DNA of 64,000 nucleotides from an uncultured Chloroflexia bacterium (GCA_963720755.1 CAVRGP010000011.1:96001-160000), one strand, 5' to 3'. Shown: positions 22,621 to 33,482, counted from the first letter of the stretch. The notes: generated from the sequence alone by a model not told the origin. A program made the numbers and translations.

Positions 22621-23760
22621 TCATGCGGCGTCGTGGATCCAGACGCCGTCTCGCATCACGCGCCGGACGTGGAAGTCGTCGGTGAGCTCGACCAGGTCGG
22701 CCCGCTGCCCGACCGCGATCCGCCCGCGATCCTCGATCCCGATCAGCTTGAGCGGGTTGCGGCTGGCGGCGGCCACGACTGCGGGGATCGAGACGCCGGC
22801 GTTCGCGAGGTTCCGGACCGCCTCGTCGAGACCGATGACCGATCCGGCCAGCGTGGTCGTCCCGACGACGGTCGAGCGGATCCCGCGGACCTCGACCTCG
22901 AGACCGCCGACCATCGCCCGGCCGTCGCCGACACCGGCCAGGCTGATGGCGTCGCTGACCAACACGAGCCGATCGACGGGCTTCAGCCGGGTGATGAGCG
23001 GCCACAGCGCCGAATCGACATGGAGCCCGTCGGCGATCAGTTCGACGAAGTTCGTGTCGTCGAGCAGGGCGGCCAGAGCCAGGCCAGGCGCGCGATGGTC
23101 GAGTCCGACCATGGCATTGAACAGGTGCGTCGTCGATGTCGCTCCGGCCGCGAATCCAGCTTGCGCCTCGGCGAAGGATGCCGCGGAGTGCCCCAGCGAT
23201 ACGGCGACGCCGCGCCCATGGAGCCAGCCGATCAGCTCGAGCGCGCCCGGCCGTTCCGGGGCGATCGTCACCAGCCGAAGGCCGTCGAGCAGGGGTTCGA
23301 GATCACGGTGCGGGATGTCCGCCGGGTCTCGCAGGTCGGCTGGATCGTGGGCCCCGCGACGCGCCTCGGCAAGGAACGGACCTTCGAGGTTGAAGCCGAG
23401 CGGTTGCGCGCCATCGATCGGGGCGCTCCGCAGACGACCGCGGACGCGCCCGGCGAAGGCAACCAGGGTCTCGATCGGGGCGGTCACCGCGGTCGGCAGG
23501 AACGACGTCACGCCATGCTGCACGAGGTGACGCGCGACGCCATCGAGCTCGTCCGAGTCGCCCATCGCGTCGTGGCCACCGCCGCCGTGGACGTGGACGT
23601 CGACGAACCCCGGGGCGACGTACGGCGCGCCAGGCGCGTCGACGGAGCGCTCGAAGTCGATATCGACGATCCGGCCATCGTCGACGGAGATGCGGCCGGT
23701 CGCGACTCGATCGTCGAGGACCAGGCGACCGACGACCTCGATCGGAGCACGTCGTGACAT
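22621..23760 (-). CDS. nagA: N-acetylglucosamine-6-phosphate deacetylase
   Basis: PGFVDVHVHG, LEGPF, THLFNAM, ADGLH and LAGS motifs. Confidence 0.95.
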   Translation of the reverse strand: MSRRAPIEVVGRLVLDDRVATGRISVDDGRIVDIDFERSVDAPGAPYVAPGFVDVHVHGGGGHDAMGDSDELDGVARHLVQHGVTSFLPTAVTAPIETLVAFAGRVRGRLRSAPIDGAQPLGFNLEGPFLAEARRGAHDPADLRDPADIPHRDLEPLLDGLRLVTIAPERPGALELIGWLHGRGVAVSLGHSAASFAEAQAGFAAGATSTTHLFNAMVGLDHRAPGLALAALLDDTNFVELIADGLHVDSALWPLITRLKPVDRLVLVSDAISLAGVGDGRAMVGGLEVEVRGIRSTVVGTTTLAGSVIGLDEAVRNLANAGVSIPAVVAAASRNPLKLIGIEDRGRIAVGQRADLVELTDDFHVRRVMRDGVWIHDAA

Positions 23761-23953
23761 GGAAACCTCTCGATCGCTGCGTCGAGTGACGCCGTCAGTA
23801 TGTCGATCCCGATGGTCGGCTGCAGCGATGGTCATTGACGACCGTTCGACTGCGGTCTATGCTCCCATCATCCCGACCGGCACCCGCGCTGCGGCTGCGA
23901 TTCCGCGCGCACCATCGCCCGGTCATCCCCTCACCCGCAGGTGACCCCTCCAT

Positions 23954-25342
23954 ATGCCCGGACCAGGCCCAGACCAGCGACAACGCAACCGCCGACCACG
24001 TCGACGCGCGCCCGTCAGCGGCGGACGCGCGCCCGTCACCGAATTCGAAGAGCAGCAGGAACTCGAGGCTGCCCGCCAGCGCAATGACCTGGAGGTCGCC
24101 GACCTTCGCGAGATGAGCGTCGCCGAACTCCGCGAGGTGTCCCGCGATCTCGAGGTCGAGGCGTCCAGCGGTGAACGCAAGGACGTGCTCGTCGATCTCA
24201 TCCTGCAGCGACAGACGGAGCGTGCCGGCCACGACTATGCGACCGGCATCCTCGATATCGTCGACGAGGGGTTTGGTTTCCTGCGCCGTCATGGCCTCCT
24301 GCCGAGCCCGGAGGACGTCTATGTCAGCTCGAGCCAGGTCCGTCGGTTCGGTCTCCGGATCGGCGACCGCGTCTCTGGCGCGGTGCGCGCGCCCCGCGAA
24401 GCCGAGAAGTACTGGGGGATGCTCCGGGTCGACTCGGTCAACGGGGTGGACACGGAAACGGCTCGTCGCCGCCCGGTCTTCGCCGATCTGACGCCGGTCC
24501 ATCCGGATGTCCTGATCAACCTGGAAACGGACTCGAAGAACCTCAGCCAGCGGCTGATCAACCTGGTCAACCCGATCGGGAAAGGTCAGCGCGCCCTCAT
24601 CGTCAGTCCGCCCAAGGCGGGCAAGACGATGCTGCTCAAGCAGATCGCCAACGGCGTCAGCGCCAACTACCCGGAGATCCTCCTGATGGTCGCCCTCATC
24701 GGCGAGCGGCCCGAGGAGGTCACCGACATGCGCCGCAGCGTCAAGGGCGAGGTCATCAGCTCGACGTTCGACGAGCCGACCGAGAACCACACTCATGTCG
24801 CGGAGATGGCGCTGGAGATCGCCAAGCGCCAGGTCGAGACGGGGCGTGACGTCGTCATCCTGCTCGACTCGATCACCCGTCTGGCCCGGGCCTACAACCT
24901 CGCTCTCCCGCCATCGGGGCGCACCCTTTCGGGTGGCCTGGATCCGATCGCGCTCTATCCGCCCAAGCGGTTCTTCGGGGCCGCCCGGAACATCGAAGAG
25001 GGTGGCTCGCTCACGATCATCGGAACGTGCCTGGTCGATACCGGTTCGCGGATGGACGATGTCATCTACGAGGAATTCAAGGGGACCGGCAACTCGGAAC
25101 TCATCCTCGACCGGAAACTCGCCGAGAAGCGGATCTACCCGTCGATCGATGTCCAGCGGTCGGGCACCCGTCGCGAGGAACTCCTCCTCGAAGAAGGGAC
25201 CCTCAAGATGGTCTGGACGATGCGCCGGATGCTGTCCGCGGTCGGGGCCAATGAGGGGATCGAGATCCTCCTCAACCGGCTGGCCAAGACCGAATCCAAC
25301 GCCGAATTCCTGTCTTCGCTGACCAAGAGTCTCGACGCCTGA
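23954..25342 (+). CDS. rho: Transcription termination factor Rho
   Basis: [31 protein letters not shown] and EEFKGTGN motifs. Confidence 0.98.
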   Translation: MPGPGPDQRQRNRRPRRRAPVSGGRAPVTEFEEQQELEAARQRNDLEVADLREMSVAELREVSRDLEVEASSGERKDVLVDLILQRQTERAGHDYATGILDIVDEGFGFLRRHGLLPSPEDVYVSSSQVRRFGLRIGDRVSGAVRAPREAEKYWGMLRVDSVNGVDTETARRRPVFADLTPVHPDVLINLETDSKNLSQRLINLVNPIGKGQRALIVSPPKAGKTMLLKQIANGVSANYPEILLMVALIGERPEEVTDMRRSVKGEVISSTFDEPTENHTHVAEMALEIAKRQVETGRDVVILLDSITRLARAYNLALPPSGRTLSGGLDPIALYPPKRFFGAARNIEEGGSLTIIGTCLVDTGSRMDDVIYEEFKGTGNSELILDRKLAEKRIYPSIDVQRSGTRREELLLEEGTLKMVWTMRRMLSAVGANEGIEILLNRLAKTESNAEFLSSLTKSLDA

Positions 25343-25560
25343 TCTGGACGGGCGTCCGCCCACCAGGGCACCCGGAGCCTCGGTTGCCCGTCTCGCAACC
25401 TTCGTGATAGGGTTGCCGATGATGTCGTGAACCCGTTCCCACGGGAACCGACCGCGAAGAGAGACCCCAACTCGATATCGCGACCAGGGCGGTCCGCCCC
25501 CGAGCCTTTCCCCCGCGACTCCGCGCGACACAAGGGACCGTCCGATGCCAGGAGACCGTA

Positions 25561-26973
25561 TTGCAGAACGCATCGGTCGGCGTGCGGCGCGTCCTTGGAC
25601 GCCTGCGTCGATCTCGAGAAAGCCGTGTACCGGCCGTCGGCAAGCGGCCATCGCAGCAGATCGTCAGCCGCGACCACCTCGGTCGGCGGCTCCGGACGCT
25701 GGCGACGGCTTCCCGCCTGGCACCACGGCATCCCGACCAGCTGACTGAGCGTCCGGCGGGTCAGCCCCACTCCTCATGGCTCGGGCGGATCGGACACGAC
25801 CACGTCCTGGCCGTGGCGGTCGCGGCGGTCCTGCTCGGCGCATCGGTTGTCAGCGTTTCGGCCGGGGTATCAGCGCCAAGCACAGGGAACACAGACGGAG
25901 GCGGCATCGCGCCCCGGATCGCGATCGGCGGCGACGCCGGCGGAGCGCTCGAAGGCGATGGTGGCGCATCCGGATCCACGGCCGGGGCCGATCTCACCGG
26001 TGATGTCGCCTTCGGCGCACCAGACCCGACGGGCCTGAACGACGCCCAATTCGCCGCCATCGGCCTCGGGAATACCGCGGCGAGCGGAGCCGACAGCCAG
26101 TCTTCCAACGTCGACAGCCTGTTCATCGACGATGGCACGCTGGTCAAACCGGTCGCCGTCGATACGTCCGTGCCGGACGGAAGCGAGCTGGTCCAGACGT
26201 ACAAGGTGAAGTCGGGAGACACCCTCGTCGGCATCGCCTCGAAGTTCGGCGTATCGATGATGTCGGTCTGGTGGGCCAACGACCTCAAGAACAAGGACGA
26301 CCTGAAGATCGGCCAGGTCCTGGACATCCCGCCGGTGAACGGCCTGATCGTCACGATCGCGGCGACGGACACGCTCGACGCACTGGCCGCGAAGTACCAC
26401 GTCAATACCGAGGACATCCTTGCCACGAACGGGCTTGACGACCCGAACCTCGTGGTCGGCCAGGTCCTCGTCATCCCCGGCGCAAGGGGTGCGCCGATCC
26501 CGACGCCGAAGCCCACGCCCAAGCCGAAGACGGTCGCCCGATCGACGAGCCACAGCAGCTCCGGGAGTTCGCGCCCGCCAACGACGTATTCGGGCGGCAA
26601 GATGCTCTGGCCGGTCGTCGGCGGTGGCAACTACATCAGCCAGTACTTCCACACCGGTCACTACGCCATCGACATCGCCGCGACCTATGGATCGACCGTG
26701 CGGGCGGCGGCGAGCGGGACGGTCGAGTTCGCCGGCTGGAAGAACAACGGCGGCGGCTACCAGGTCTGGATCGCCCATGGATCCGGGCTGTACACGACCT
26801 ACAACCACATGTCGGCCATCACCGTCGGCGCCGGCCAGCATGTCGGCCGCGGCCAGCAGGTCGGACGGATCGGACAGACCGGTGACGCGACCGGCCCACA
26901 TCTCCACTTCGAGGTGTGGCGCGGACCGGTCTGGAACGGCGGCGTACGGGTCAACCCGCTCCTGTATCTGTAG
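25561..26973 (+). CDS. Membrane-anchored LysM-LysM-M23 peptidase
   Basis: SD AGGAGA before TTG; TM helix, two LysM repeats, H.AIDI and TGPHLHFE motifs. Confidence 0.88.
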   Translation: MQNASVGVRRVLGRLRRSRESRVPAVGKRPSQQIVSRDHLGRRLRTLATASRLAPRHPDQLTERPAGQPHSSWLGRIGHDHVLAVAVAAVLLGASVVSVSAGVSAPSTGNTDGGGIAPRIAIGGDAGGALEGDGGASGSTAGADLTGDVAFGAPDPTGLNDAQFAAIGLGNTAASGADSQSSNVDSLFIDDGTLVKPVAVDTSVPDGSELVQTYKVKSGDTLVGIASKFGVSMMSVWWANDLKNKDDLKIGQVLDIPPVNGLIVTIAATDTLDALAAKYHVNTEDILATNGLDDPNLVVGQVLVIPGARGAPIPTPKPTPKPKTVARSTSHSSSGSSRPPTTYSGGKMLWPVVGGGNYISQYFHTGHYAIDIAATYGSTVRAAASGTVEFAGWKNNGGGYQVWIAHGSGLYTTYNHMSAITVGAGQHVGRGQQVGRIGQTGDATGPHLHFEVWRGPVWNGGVRVNPLLYL

Positions 26974-27045
26974 GGTCCGACCGGCCCGTCAGACCGGCAT
27001 CGCCTGCCGAAGGCTGCACGCGCCCGCCATGCGAGAATGGGTCTG

Positions 27046-28335
27046 ATGTTCCTCGACCGCGTGAAGATCTGGGTCCGCGCCGGTGATGGTGGCGACGGGG
27101 CCGCGACCTTCCGGCAGGAGGCGCACGTCCCACGAGGAGGCCCCGACGGCGGGGATGGCGGTCGAGGTGGCTCGGTCTACCTTCGCGTCGACGCGGGCCA
27201 GACCACGCTTCGCGACTTCAATCATCGGCATCATTTCAAGGCGACCCCTGGCGGTCGCGGCACCCGGGCACGTCGTCACGGCAAGGCCGGCGATGACCTG
27301 ACCCTCGACGTCCCGCCCGGGACGGCTGTGTATGACGACGAAACGGGTGCGTTGCTCGCGGATCTGGTCGCGGTCGGCCAGACGGCGATGGTCGGCAGGG
27401 GCGGCCGTGGAGGACTGGGCAACACCCACTTCAAGACCTCGACCCACCAGGCCCCCAAGCACGCGCAGAAAGGCGAGCCCGGGTCCGAGGCGTGGATTCG
27501 ACTGGAGCTTCGGCTGATCGCCGACGTCGGGCTCGTCGGACTGCCGAACGCCGGCAAGTCCACGATCCTTGATGCCCTGACGGCGGCCACGCCCAAGATC
27601 GCCGATTACCCGTTCACGACCCTCGAACCGAACCTCGGCGTGCTCGAACTCGATGACGAGCGTCGTCCCACGATCGCCGACGTGCCGGGCCTCATCGAGG
27701 GCGCCAGCAGCGGGGCGGGTCTGGGACACGCGTTCCTCCGCCATGTCGAGCGGACGCGGATCCTCATCCACGTGGTCGATGGCGCGGGCCGGGATCCCGA
27801 GTGGGACTACGACGTCATCCGGGAGGAGTTGCGTGCGCACGACCCGGCCCTGCTCGAGAAGCCGATGCTCGTCGCATTCAACAAGGTGGATCTGCCCGCC
27901 GCGGAGGAGGCATGGCCGGCATTCCAGCGGGCGCGTCAGGCCGAAGGTGTGGAGACCATCGCCATCTCGGCGGCCCTTGGGGAGGGTCTTGGGGCGTTCC
28001 GCGACCGGATCGGGGACCTGCTCCCGGATGCCGCCGAGATGGGCGAGCCCCCGGAGCCGACCGGCGTCGTCGTCCACAGGATCGATGCCATGGGTGATGG
28101 CTTCTCGGTCGAGCTCGACAGCGACGGGGCGTTCCGGGTCCGCGGCGCTCGGATCGAGCGGATCGCCGCCCAGACGAATTTCGATGTCGAGGAGTCGGCC
28201 GAGCGGTTCCAGCGAGAGCTGGCCCGGTTCGGGATCGATGACGAGCTGCGCCGAGCCGGGATCGCTGCCGGTGACACGGTCCGGATCGGCGGGACCGAGC
28301 TCGAATGGGAGGCGCAGCCCTGGGAACGGACGTGA
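27046..28335 (+). CDS. obgE: GTPase Obg/CgtA
   Basis: GGPDGGDGG, GLPNAGKST, DYPFTT and NKVD motifs plus C-terminal domain. Confidence 0.97.
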   Translation: MFLDRVKIWVRAGDGGDGAATFRQEAHVPRGGPDGGDGGRGGSVYLRVDAGQTTLRDFNHRHHFKATPGGRGTRARRHGKAGDDLTLDVPPGTAVYDDETGALLADLVAVGQTAMVGRGGRGGLGNTHFKTSTHQAPKHAQKGEPGSEAWIRLELRLIADVGLVGLPNAGKSTILDALTAATPKIADYPFTTLEPNLGVLELDDERRPTIADVPGLIEGASSGAGLGHAFLRHVERTRILIHVVDGAGRDPEWDYDVIREELRAHDPALLEKPMLVAFNKVDLPAAEEAWPAFQRARQAEGVETIAISAALGEGLGAFRDRIGDLLPDAAEMGEPPEPTGVVVHRIDAMGDGFSVELDSDGAFRVRGARIERIAAQTNFDVEESAERFQRELARFGIDDELRRAGIAAGDTVRIGGTELEWEAQPWERT

Positions 28336-28988
28336 TCCATGGGCCGCGGCCGATCGTGGCGGGTTCGATCGGCGTCTTCGGCGGGACGTTCGATCCGATC
28401 CATTTCGCTCACCTGGCGGTCGCTGAGGAGGCGGCCGAGATCCTCGGCCTCGAGTCCGTCCTGTTCGTCCCGGCCGGGGTACCACCGCACAAGCAGGGCC
28501 GCCGGATCTCCGCGGCTGAGGATCGCCTGGCCATGGTCGAACTTGCGATCGCCGGTAACGAGCGGTTCCGGACCAGCCGCCTGGAACTCGATCGCGCCGG
28601 GCCGTCATACACCGTCGATACGCTGGAAGCGCTGCACGCCGCGGCGTCGGCCGACGAGGTGGCCGCGGATGTCACCCTCATCGTGTCGGCCGAAGCCTTC
28701 CTCGGGCTGATGACCTGGCACCAGCCGCAGCGCATCCTCGAGCTGGCCCGGATCGCGGTCGCGCCACGGGACGGCTACCCGGATGCCGGGCCGGCGTTCC
28801 TCGCGACCCACCTGCCGGACCAGGCAGCGCGCGTCGTCTTCCTCGATTCGCCCCGGATGCGGCTGTCGGCGAGCGAACTCCGCGCCCGGTCCGCGGCCGG
28901 CCGATCCCTGCGCTACCTCGTCCCGGATGCGGTCGCGGCCTACATCGGCGACCATGCCCTGTACCGGAACCCAAGGAGGAACCCCTGA
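28332..28988 (+). CDS. nadD: Nicotinate-nucleotide adenylyltransferase
   Basis: FGGTFDPIHFAH, PPHK, SYTVDTL and LSASELR motifs. Confidence 0.95.
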   Translation: MIHGPRPIVAGSIGVFGGTFDPIHFAHLAVAEEAAEILGLESVLFVPAGVPPHKQGRRISAAEDRLAMVELAIAGNERFRTSRLELDRAGPSYTVDTLEALHAAASADEVAADVTLIVSAEAFLGLMTWHQPQRILELARIAVAPRDGYPDAGPAFLATHLPDQAARVVFLDSPRMRLSASELRARSAAGRSLRYLVPDAVAAYIGDHALYRNPRRNP

Positions 28989-28990
28989 TC

Positions 28991-29425
28991 GTGACCGAAC
29001 CCGTCCAGTCCGCCGACACCGCGAATGCTCCGAGCGCCGATGGCCTGCCCCAGCGCGCCGGGGCTGCCCCTGCCGCCGAACGCCCGCCGCTGGATCTGGC
29101 CCGCCGCATCGTCGAGCTCGCGGAGGACAAGAAGGCCGCCGACATCGTGCTGCTGGACCTCGCCGGCCTGACGACCATGGCGGACTACTTCGTCATCTGC
29201 TCGGGTGGATCGGAACGTCAGCTCGAAGCGATCGCGAGCGGGATCATCGCCAGCCTTCGCGATGAGAAGGTCCGCTCCATCGGCCGGGAGGGGACTGCCG
29301 CATCGCACTGGATCCTGGTCGATTTCGGGTCCGTGATCGTCCACGTCTTCACGCCGCCGGAGCGCGAGTACTACGGCCTCGAGAAGCACTGGTCTGGCGC
29401 CCGGACGATCCTCAGCGTCCAGTAG
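28991..29425 (+). CDS. rsfS: Ribosome silencing factor
   Basis: DKKAADI, DYFVICSG, WILVDFG.VIVHVF and REYYGLE motifs. Confidence 0.95.
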   Translation: MTEPVQSADTANAPSADGLPQRAGAAPAAERPPLDLARRIVELAEDKKAADIVLLDLAGLTTMADYFVICSGGSERQLEAIASGIIASLRDEKVRSIGREGTAASHWILVDFGSVIVHVFTPPEREYYGLEKHWSGARTILSVQ

Positions 29426-29493
29426 CGGGTCCGGGGGTACGGGGTACCGTCGGGTCATGTCAGCCGACGCGGCGGTACTCCTAGCATCACCGC

Positions 29494-29748
29494 ATGTCCG
29501 CCGTTCGCGATCGTTGCCCCGTCTGCGCCCGCCGTCTCATCACGACTCGGTTCGATACGACGTTCCGTCTGTCCGATCGCACCGAGCGGCTGTGCTTCGG
29601 CATCCCCGGCGGCCTGTGCGAGGACTGCTCGCAGTTGTACATCGATCCGGACCTGATCGAGTTGCTCGATCTCGGCGAGAGCCGGTGCGTGTTCGCGATC
29701 GAGAGTGACCTCGTGGTCCAGGAACAGGCCTGGTCGTCCGCGGACTGA
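29494..29748 (+). CDS. Small zinc-ribbon protein (YgiT-type-like)
   Basis: CPVC...IPGGLCEDC..LY; TAGCAT 6 nt before ATG. Confidence 0.65.
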   Translation: MSAVRDRCPVCARRLITTRFDTTFRLSDRTERLCFGIPGGLCEDCSQLYIDPDLIELLDLGESRCVFAIESDLVVQEQAWSSAD

Positions 29749-29751
29749 CGG

Positions 29752-30837
29752 TCAGCCGCCGACCGGTCGGCCGCCGCCGACGTGATCCATCACCCACAGG
29801 CTGAATGACAGGCGTCGCTGGGCTTCGTCGCGCTCCCATCCGGGGACGCCCTTCACCATCGCATCGAGATCGACGAGGCCATCGAGCGCGGCGACCAGAC
29901 CGTCCACGGTCCACGTCCGGGCTTGATCGCGCAGGCGCTCCATCCGGAACTCGCTGCTGACGCCCATCGCCTTGCCGATCGCCGACAGCCGTTCTCCGTC
30001 GGCAAGCCGGTCGGCCGTTTCGATGAGCTCCCGGATCCGCCGGTGGAGGACTGCCAACAGGACAGGTTCCGGGGTCGTATCGAGCAGGCGGTCCAGCCAT
30101 TCGAGCGCCTGCTCGGTCCGTCGCGATCCGACCGCGTCCGTGAATGCCCAGATCGACCCCGGGACGGCCTCGGCAACGAGCGCCCGGACATCGTCCGGAC
30201 CGATCGGCTCCGAGCCCCGGTAGAGCGCCAGCTTGTCGAGCTCCATCGATGCGATCCGCGTGTGCTGGGTCCGTTCCGTGTCTCCCTCCGTGACGAAGCC
30301 GCCGACTCGTTCGGCCAGCGTCTTCGCGGCCCCCGGCACGAGGACCAGGCCTCGGTCGCGAGCCTCGGCTTCGATCCATCCCGCGAGAGCGCCGGCCTTG
30401 GGCGCCTTGAATTGGCGGACGGTGCCCCCCGCCGCCGCGATCGCGTCGGCGAGGCGCTTTGGCGCCGGCGCCCGCGCGGCGCCGTCGGCGGAGCCGAGGA
30501 TGACCAGGGCGTTGCCGGGCGCGATGAGGGTGAGGGCTGACAGGAAGGCATCACGATCCTCGGTCCGAACGACCAGGCTGCCCGAGTTGGACACGATCGC
30601 CAGGGTCCCCCCTCCGAACATCACCGGTGTCGCCAACCGGCTATTGAGCTGGGCGACGAGCCCGCCGGCGCCGCTTCGCTCGCCGCGCAGCGCCCACCGG
30701 TCCATCGGGGCGCCGTCCGAACCGGTCAGGCTGTCCGCGAAGCGGTCGACGGCGCGCGCCATGGACAGTTCGTCGTCGCCCCAGAAGAAGGCGAGTGGCG
30801 TCGGGGAGGCACCCTCCGGCCGCCGGGTGGCTGTCAT
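29752..30837 (-). CDS. holA: DNA polymerase III subunit delta
   Basis: FFWGDD, PVMFGG, ELDKLALY and IWAFTDAV motifs; typical position after comEC. Confidence 0.85.
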   Translation of the reverse strand: MTATRRPEGASPTPLAFFWGDDELSMARAVDRFADSLTGSDGAPMDRWALRGERSGAGGLVAQLNSRLATPVMFGGGTLAIVSNSGSLVVRTEDRDAFLSALTLIAPGNALVILGSADGAARAPAPKRLADAIAAAGGTVRQFKAPKAGALAGWIEAEARDRGLVLVPGAAKTLAERVGGFVTEGDTERTQHTRIASMELDKLALYRGSEPIGPDDVRALVAEAVPGSIWAFTDAVGSRRTEQALEWLDRLLDTTPEPVLLAVLHRRIRELIETADRLADGERLSAIGKAMGVSSEFRMERLRDQARTWTVDGLVAALDGLVDLDAMVKGVPGWERDEAQRRLSFSLWVMDHVGGGRPVGG

Positions 30838-33481
30838 CGACTCGATGGTACCCGACGGTCGAGCCACGGCCCAGGACCTCGTCGCCGCCCGGGTCGGCGG
30901 TCCGGGTCGCGATCGCTTCGGCGGACCGTGGTGGTTCGGGGAGAAGGCCCGTGACCGGGACGGCGCACAGGAAGCTGGGAGCCCGGGCCACGGTCGAGGC
31001 GCTCACCGCCAGTGTCGCGGAGATCGGATCCCCGACGACCGGGACCGTTGCCGCGGCGCGAACCGGCCCGACGCCCGTCGCCGTGCCGCGGCCGCCCTCC
31101 AGGCGCGTCGTCATCTCGTCCCCGATGAACCCGACCACGACCGTCCCATCGTCGTCGGTTCGCAGGACGCGGGCCCCGGATGCGGCCAGTCGCTCGAGCG
31201 TCGATCTGGCTGGGTGGCCATACGGGTTGCCGGCGCCTGCCGACGCCACCGCGACCGTCGGCCGGGTCGCGTCGATGAATGCCTGTGTCGTGGCGGTCTT
31301 GCTCCCGTGGTGGGCGACCTTGAGGAGGTCGACGTGAGGCAGTCCCTCCTTGATCAGGGATGGGTCGATCTCTTCCTCGACGTCACCCATCAACAGGAAG
31401 CGGCGGGTCCCGACCTGGCCGAGCAGAACGACCGAGACGTTGTTGATGCCCGTGCCGCCGTCGGGTGGCCTCGTGGGGACCTGCCCCCGGATCGGCCACA
31501 GGACGTGCAATTCGACCTCGTCCACGGCCAGTCGGTCGCCGGCGGCGAGGCTCAGCCGTACGGGCGATCCGGGTCGTTCCAGGTCGCGTAGCCAGGCCGC
31601 GTAACCGGGACCCGGGCCGACCATCCCCGGCTCGAAGACGCGCGTCACCCGATAGCGCTCGAGGAGGAGCGCCAACCCGCCGACATGATCCTCGTGCGGG
31701 TGACTCAGGATGACGGCGTCGATCCGCCGGTCCCACGGTGGGATCCGTCGGTCGAGCGCGACGAGGAGTCGGTCCGGATCCGGACCGCCGTCCACGAGTA
31801 GCCGACCTCCTCGCGATCCCTCGACCAGGATCGCGTCACCCTGGCCGACATCGAGGATCGTCACCCGGACGAACGCTCCGGGTCGGGCCGCGACCACCGC
31901 GCCGGCCACCAGCATCGAGACGACCAGGCCGATGGCACTCGCCCGGCTGGCGGCGCGTGCCAGGCTCGAGTGTGCCGCCGAGGCGGGCCGAATCGTCGTG
32001 GAGGAGGCGACCGCGGACGCCAGGGATAGTGCGACCGTTTCGCTGACCATCCTGGTTCGCCGCCACCAGGCGAATGCGCAGACGGCCATTGCCGCAGCGA
32101 GGCCCATCGCCAGGTCGAGCGGCGGCTGGAGTTCGATCGTCGCGAAGGGCAAATTCGCGGCCAGTTCGACGATGGTCACGAGGATCCTCAGGATCACCCA
32201 CCCGGGTGCCGCCGCGATCGCACCGACGATGGCCGGAGCGCCGCCGAGCACCGTGAGACCGCCACCGAGCGCCACGAGCCCGACCGCCATTGCCGGAGCC
32301 ACGAGCGGGACGACGACGAGGTTCACGATCGGCGACAGGACGGCCAGGCGCCCGAACGAGACGAGGATGATCGGGAGCGTCGCCGCCTGGGCCGCCAAGG
32401 ACACCCCGAGGTTCTCGGTGAGCCAGGCCGGCAGCCGGCCACCCCCGGCACATTCCAGCCAGGTGGTGATCGGGGATGCCCAGAGGATGAGTCCCGCGGT
32501 GGCCAGGGAGGAGAGCTGGAAGCCGGCATCGCCGATCAGACCCGGATCGACCAGCAGGAGCAGGAAGACGGCCCAACCCAGCGCGGCAGCCGCTCGCCCC
32601 GCCCGGCCGGACTCGCGGGCCAGGAGGACGACGCCCGCCATCAGTCCGGCCCGGACGACCGACGCCGATCCGCCGGCGAACGCGACATAGGCGACGATCG
32701 CTGCGAGGGTCACCACGGAGCGGCGCCTACGTCCGAGCCGGCCGGTCATTGCCGCGACCGCCGCCGCGACGATCGCGATGTTCCAGCCGGAGATGGCCAC
32801 GACGTGACTGACGCCGGCCGTGGTGAACGCGGCCGCGAGGTCTCGATCCACCCGGTCGCGCAGGCCGATGAGGATCCCGGCCGCGAGACCGGCCTCCGGT
32901 TCCGGGAGGACTTCGGCGAGGGCCTCGGCCGCGTCGCGCCGGAGACTCTCCAGCCGGCGGCCCGGGTCAATCTCGCTCGGGAGGATCGTCAAGGTCCGCG
33001 ACGACAAGGTGCCGACGGCCCCGATCCGGAGGAGATACGCGCCGTACGGCGAATCCGGTCTGGCCCGGATCGATCCATCGACCGAGACGTGGTCGCCGGG
33101 AACGACGATCGGATAGCGGGGCAGCGTCGCCGCCACGCCGAACACCCGTCCGTCATCGACCCGGGCGACCAGGGTCGCGGTCTGGTTCCCGTCCCGGGGT
33201 GAGCCGGTCGATTCGACGACGAACTGCCACGGACCGTCGCCGGCGGGTGGGTCGTCGAGCGAGGCGGCGCTGACCGGGAGCAGCGTCACCCGGAGGACGA
33301 TGAGGCCGGCCCCGACGACGATCGGGAGGAGGCTCCGAGCTTGGCGGGGACGGAGCTCGCGGATGACCAGCACGACTGCAAGGCAGAGCGCTGCCCCGGC
33401 CCCAAGTTGATTCGGGGCGATCTGCCCGGCGAGGAGTGCTGCGAGGACGGCACCGAGCGACAGGCGGCCGCTGCGACCCAC
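30641..33481 (-). CDS. comEC: DNA uptake protein ComEC/Rec2
   Basis: HVVAISGWN competence motif, GFQLS, and beta-lactamase-fold DVGQGDA, SHPHEDHVGG, HHGSK, NPYGHP. Confidence 0.95.
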   Translation of the reverse strand: MGRSGRLSLGAVLAALLAGQIAPNQLGAGAALCLAVVLVIRELRPRQARSLLPIVVGAGLIVLRVTLLPVSAASLDDPPAGDGPWQFVVESTGSPRDGNQTATLVARVDDGRVFGVAATLPRYPIVVPGDHVSVDGSIRARPDSPYGAYLLRIGAVGTLSSRTLTILPSEIDPGRRLESLRRDAAEALAEVLPEPEAGLAAGILIGLRDRVDRDLAAAFTTAGVSHVVAISGWNIAIVAAAVAAMTGRLGRRRRSVVTLAAIVAYVAFAGGSASVVRAGLMAGVVLLARESGRAGRAAAALGWAVFLLLLVDPGLIGDAGFQLSSLATAGLILWASPITTWLECAGGGRLPAWLTENLGVSLAAQAATLPIILVSFGRLAVLSPIVNLVVVPLVAPAMAVGLVALGGGLTVLGGAPAIVGAIAAAPGWVILRILVTIVELAANLPFATIELQPPLDLAMGLAAAMAVCAFAWWRRTRMVSETVALSLASAVASSTTIRPASAAHSSLARAASRASAIGLVVSMLVAGAVVAARPGAFVRVTILDVGQGDAILVEGSRGGRLLVDGGPDPDRLLVALDRRIPPWDRRIDAVILSHPHEDHVGGLALLLERYRVTRVFEPGMVGPGPGYAAWLRDLERPGSPVRLSLAAGDRLAVDEVELHVLWPIRGQVPTRPPDGGTGINNVSVVLLGQVGTRRFLLMGDVEEEIDPSLIKEGLPHVDLLKVAHHGSKTATTQAFIDATRPTVAVASAGAGNPYGHPARSTLERLAASGARVLRTDDDGTVVVGFIGDEMTTRLEGGRGTATGVGPVRAAATVPVVGDPISATLAVSASTVARAPSFLCAVPVTGLLPEPPRSAEAIATRTADPGGDEVLGRGSTVGYHRVDDSHPAAGGCLPDATRLLLGRRRTVHGARRRPLRGQPDRFGRRPDGPVGAARRAKRRRRARRPAQ

Positions 33482-33482
33482 G

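Noticed and set aside
25420-25540. Canonical c-di-AMP riboswitch
   Set aside because: The GGGGAACC, GGGGUGAAU and CAGCUAAC blocks were not found; kept only as a weak leader candidate.
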